Assembly: GCA_038060895.1 (NCBI GenBank)
Contig: JBBTCT010000022.1
Coordinates: 409,077-462,055, forward strand
Reading direction: 5' to 3'
DNA length: 52,979 bases
Source of the DNA: Planctomycetota bacterium
Lineage (GTDB): Bacteria; Planctomycetota; MHYJ01; WSZJ01
The notes under the pieces were generated by a model. The model was not told where the DNA came from, ran no database searches, and saw only the letters and a list, made by a program, of their open reading frames with translations. Position 1 is the first letter of the stretch, and each line of letters begins with the position of its first letter. Positions 49,575 through 52,979 of the stretch are shown here, one piece after another. Made by a program: the position numbers and the translations under genes.

Positions 49575-50408
49575 GTGAATCGGACTACGCTCGCCGTGCT
49601 CTTGCTTCTCGGGTCCTCGATCTCCTCCTGCACCGCGGGAGGACTCCTCGACCTCGACGGAAAAGCCATCGACGACTTCGTCATCGACGTCGAGGGACGC
49701 TACTGGTTCGGGACGTTGTCGGGCGACCTCAGCGTGGACTCAGAGAACGCGGACGGCACGACGGCCGACTTCCACGGGGACCTCAACCTGGATCAACCCG
49801 AACAGCCGCTCATCGAGGGAGTCGCCCGGCTGCGCCTCTGGCGCGTCCAGGTCCGCGGCTCCTGGTTCCAGGCGCATTTCGAGGACGTGCGTCGCGTCGA
49901 GAGCAGCATCACGTTCCTCGGATTCACGTTCGTGACCGGCAGGGATGTCGAGGCCGAGGCCACGATTCGCGTCGGCGCGCTGGACGCGAACTTCCTGATC
50001 ATCGACGCGGGAAGCGCGGACAAGGTCGGCTTCGAGCTCGGCGCCGGCGTCGGCGGACGATTCCTCGGGTTCGAAGGCAGCCTCCGCGACCGCGGGACGG
50101 GGCGGGAGGAGAGCGTGGACGAGCGCGCCGGGATACCGGTTGTGTCCGCATGCGCCAGCCTCGGCTTCCTGAACGTCTTCCGCATCGACGCAGAGGTCGC
50201 AGGCATGTACCTGCCTGCCTCGTACCCCAGGCTCCATGGGAAGTTCATCGACGCCTCGATCGAAGCGCGCGTTTACCTCCACCACTTCGTCTACCTGGCG
50301 GGAGGTTACCGCATCGTGCTGCTGAAGGGCCGCTACGACTCCGACGAAGACGTGGATCTGGAAGCCCGCCTTCAGGGGTTCTTCGCAGGGATCGGGGTTT
50401 CGTTCTGA
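49575..50408 (+). CDS. Putative outer-membrane beta-barrel protein
   Basis: Signal peptide; alternating amphipathic strands; C-terminal GFFAGIGVSF with terminal Phe; SD gaggag. Confidence 0.78.
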   Translation: MNRTTLAVLLLLGSSISSCTAGGLLDLDGKAIDDFVIDVEGRYWFGTLSGDLSVDSENADGTTADFHGDLNLDQPEQPLIEGVARLRLWRVQVRGSWFQAHFEDVRRVESSITFLGFTFVTGRDVEAEATIRVGALDANFLIIDAGSADKVGFELGAGVGGRFLGFEGSLRDRGTGREESVDERAGIPVVSACASLGFLNVFRIDAEVAGMYLPASYPRLHGKFIDASIEARVYLHHFVYLAGGYRIVLLKGRYDSDEDVDLEARLQGFFAGIGVSF

Positions 50409-50530
50409 AAACGTGAGCAATGACCACCCTTCGGCGTGCGGACAACTTCCAGCTGGAGGAACATCGGCAAAAATGCCCGGCAGTCGGGAGCTTTTGCCCG
50501 GCAGATCCGGTCCGACCCCCATGATCGCGA

Positions 50531-50546
50531 CGGCACGCTCCTTGCT
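50531..50546 (+). promoter_or_regulatory. sigma54 -24/-12 promoter motif
   Basis: cGGCAC-gctcc-TTGCT upstream of 50653. Confidence 0.7.
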
Positions 50547-50652
50547 TTCGCTGATTCGCGCCGCTGACGGCCTTCCCGGATTTCACAACCAGGCTTCCTG
50601 GCGCTCCTCATACAAGTCCTGATTCCCTCCCTCGAAAAGAAAGGAAATCACC

Positions 50653-51051
50653 ATGAAGTACGCCACACGCTTTGTCGCCGCACTCGCCGTGCTCGTGTCC
50701 ACCCTCGGGTGTGAAAAGACGTCCGTTGAAGGCGCGGGCGGAAAGAAGCTGACGCTTCTGGCGCCGGCGAGCCAGACCCTGAAGCGCGGCGAGACGAACC
50801 AGATCGCCATCACGGTCACGCGCTCGAATTTTGAGGATTCGGTCGCGGTGAAATTCTCGAACCTGCCGAAGGGCACCTCGGTCGTCGAGGACAAGAAGAT
50901 CGATGCGGACAAGAACATCGGCACATACACGATTCACTCGGGCCCGGATGCCGACCTGGTCACCAATCATGTCGCGAAAGTGACGGTTGAAGGACCGGGC
51001 GGCATGACGGCCACGGAGAGCTTCCAGATCACGGTGAAGGACAAGAACTAG
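50653..51051 (+). CDS. Lipoprotein with an Ig-like beta-sandwich domain
   Basis: Lipobox TLGC; GKKLTLL.P..QTLKRG.TN...NLPKG...ATESF..TVK; SD aagga. Confidence 0.82.
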   Translation: MKYATRFVAALAVLVSTLGCEKTSVEGAGGKKLTLLAPASQTLKRGETNQIAITVTRSNFEDSVAVKFSNLPKGTSVVEDKKIDADKNIGTYTIHSGPDADLVTNHVAKVTVEGPGGMTATESFQITVKDKN

Positions 51052-51060
51052 CCCCATTCC

Positions 51061-51090
51061 CGGGCCGGGCATTCCGCCCGGCCCGCTTTT
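51061..51090 (+). terminator. Rho-independent terminator-like hairpin
   Basis: cgggccgggc-attcc-gcccggcccg followed by ctttt. Confidence 0.65.
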
Positions 51091-51113
51091 CAGTATTCCA
51101 ACGGAGATCCAAC

Positions 51114-51512
51114 ATGAAGCGCTTCCTGTCCCAGGCCGGACTCGCCGCAGCCCTCCTTGGCGCGTTCCTCGGCTGCAGCTCGACGTCCGCTTCCGGTTCG
51201 AGCGGAAAAAAGATCACGCTTCTCAAGCCGGTGAACCAGACGGTCAAGCGTGGCGACACGAACAAGGTCGCGATCACGATCGTCCGCGAAAACATCGACT
51301 CCGACGTGTCGGTCCGCTTCGACAATCTGCCGAAGGGAGTCAAGGTCATCGAGACCGACAAGAAGGTGAAGGATGACGAGTTCCTCGTGAACTACACGCT
51401 GTTCGCGGCCAATGACGCGGGCCTCGTGTCCGGCCAGGTCGTGAAGGTGACCGCGGAAGGACCGGACGGCCTCGCTGCGACCGAATCGTTTGAGGTGACG
51501 GTGAAGGAGTGA
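51114..51512 (+). CDS. Lipoprotein, tandem paralog of 50653..51051
   Basis: Lipobox FLGC; same 132-aa length and shared motifs. Confidence 0.82.
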   Translation: MKRFLSQAGLAAALLGAFLGCSSTSASGSSGKKITLLKPVNQTVKRGDTNKVAITIVRENIDSDVSVRFDNLPKGVKVIETDKKVKDDEFLVNYTLFAANDAGLVSGQVVKVTAEGPDGLAATESFEVTVKE

Positions 51513-51850
51513 GCCCAGGAGGCCCTCTTTCGAAATCGGGGGGAGCCGGGACGCGGGTCACCGCGCACGGCGTCCCCCGGTTTGTTTTGTCCATCCACCG
51601 GAATTTCTTACCTGCCTCACCCGCCACTCCCCCGATGCCTCGGTTATACTCCCTGCGAACCCGGGAACCCCGGCGCCCCTTCTGGCGGCGCCCCATTGCC
51701 CGACCGACACCCGTCGGCAGCCGATCGAGTCGTGCCTCCATTTCACCGTGGAACCGCACTTCCGGCCTCCTGCCCGCGAGCCCCGCAATCGACCCCCGGC
51801 TTCGGCATTGCCCGCCCGTTCGCCTTCCCGTACTCCCAAAGGAGTTCCCC

Positions 51851-52979
51851 GTGAGCCAGGCCAATGTGGTTGGGGATCCCATCAACGCACCGGATCTCCT
51901 CTCGACCCTCCGGTCCGTCCGAAGAGGCAATTTTGCAACGCGCTGCCGCGTCCCCCGGGGCGGGCCGGGGCGCGAGATCGCGCGGACGCTCAACGCGATC
52001 ATCCGGCAGAACGAGAAGATGGCGGAGGAGTTCCAGCGGGTGAGTCGCGTGGTCGGCAAGGAAGGGAAGCTCTCGGAGCGCGCAGCCCTCCGGGGCGCTT
52101 CCGGCTCCTGGCTGAAGACCGTGAACGCGGCGAACTCGCTGATTGGCGACCTTGTGCGGCCGACGAACGAGGTGGCGCGCGTGATCGGGTCGGTCGCGAA
52201 CGGCAACCTGTCGCAGAAGATGCCGACGCAGATCGAGGGCAAGCCGGTCCGGGGATCGTTCCTGCAGATGGCGCGCACGGTGAACACGATGGTGTCGCAG
52301 CTCGGGTCGTTCGCTTCCGAAGTAACCCGGGTGGCGCGCGAAGTAGGGACGGAGGGAAAGCTGGGCGGGCAGGCGCAGGTGGAAGGCGTGGCCGGGGTGT
52401 GGAAGGACCTGACGGACAACGTGAACTCGATGGCCGGGAATCTGACGTCCCAGGTGAGAAACATCGCGGACGTGACGACGGCGGTGGCGAAGGGCGACCT
52501 GTCGAAGAAGATCACGGTGGAGGTGAAGGGAGAGATTCTCCAGCTGAAGAACACGATCAACACGATGGTGGACCAGCTGAACGGGTTCGCGGGCGAAGTG
52601 ACGCGCGTGGCGCGCGAAGTCGGGACGGAAGGGAAGCTGGGCGGCCAGGCGCAGGTGAAGGGCGTGGCCGGGGTGTGGAAGGACCTGACGGACAACGTGA
52701 ACTTCATGGCCGGCAACCTGACCAGCCAGGTGCGCAACATCGCGGACGTGACGACGGCGGTGGCGAAGGGCGATCTGTCGCGCAAGATCACGGTGAAGGG
52801 CGAAGGGGAAATCCTGCAGTTGAAGGACACGATCAACACGCTGGTGGACCAGTTGAACGCGTTCGCGGGCGAAGTGACGCGCGTGGCGCGCGAAGTCGGC
52901 ACGGACGGCAAGCTGGGCGGCCAGGCGCAGGTGCGGGGCGTGGCCGGCGTGTGGAAGGACCTGACGGACAACGTGAACT
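51851..52979 (+). CDS. Poly-HAMP protein, N-terminal part of a probable hybrid histidine kinase (Nik1/group III-like); truncated by the window end
   Basis: GTG after aaaggag; open to the window end; repeated [35 protein letters not shown] units at 276-bp spacing (52319, 52595, 52871). Confidence 0.88.
   Translation, partial: MSQANVVGDPINAPDLLSTLRSVRRGNFATRCRVPRGGPGREIARTLNAIIRQNEKMAEEFQRVSRVVGKEGKLSERAALRGASGSWLKTVNAANSLIGDLVRPTNEVARVIGSVANGNLSQKMPTQIEGKPVRGSFLQMARTVNTMVSQLGSFASEVTRVAREVGTEGKLGGQAQVEGVAGVWKDLTDNVNSMAGNLTSQVRNIADVTTAVAKGDLSKKITVEVKGEILQLKNTINTMVDQLNGFAGEVTRVAREVGTEGKLGGQAQVKGVAGVWKDLTDNVNFMAGNLTSQVRNIADVTTAVAKGDLSRKITVKGEGEILQLKDTINTLVDQLNAFAGEVTRVAREVGTDGKLGGQAQVRGVAGVWKDLTDNVN

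Noticed and set aside
52200-52979. 276-bp tandem DNA repeats as a non-coding repeat or mobile element
   Set aside because: They are in-frame poly-HAMP coding repeats differing mainly at synonymous sites.
37751-52979. Genomic island call for the signalling region
   Set aside because: Codon usage looks somewhat more relaxed by eye, but no integrase, tRNA or flanking direct repeat is visible; it cannot be supported without computation.

Overview
A high-GC bacterial chromosome segment; its gene content resembles Planctomycetes/PVC-type genomes, but this is inference only. From 5' to 3' it carries a secreted trypsin-like protease and a HEAT-like protein, then a tightly coupled ~11.5 kb operon (3972-15432). 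That operon encodes a GlmL/MutL-like ASKHA ATPase with no glutamate mutase nearby, a barrel-sandwich/KOW protein, and two tandem paralogous copies of an uncharacterised four-gene membrane module. It is the best candidate here for an undescribed system. Next come an Opp/Dpp-type ABC transporter (two binding proteins, one permease with a large extracytoplasmic insertion), an inactive-looking/active pair of M14 carboxypeptidases, and an archaeal/eukaryote-type proS flanked by two copies of a palindromic element. Small hypothetical genes, a rifampicin-phosphotransferase-like PEP-utilising enzyme, an FHA protein and DoxX follow. The last ~15 kb is a signalling/stress region: two multi-PAS histidine kinases, three GGDEF proteins, a single-domain response regulator, small stress/envelope genes with five sigma54-type promoter motifs, and a truncated poly-HAMP protein. 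Several long intergenic inverted repeats are present. No rRNA, tRNA, CRISPR array or transposase was seen. Family assignments come from motif recognition by eye, not database searches.
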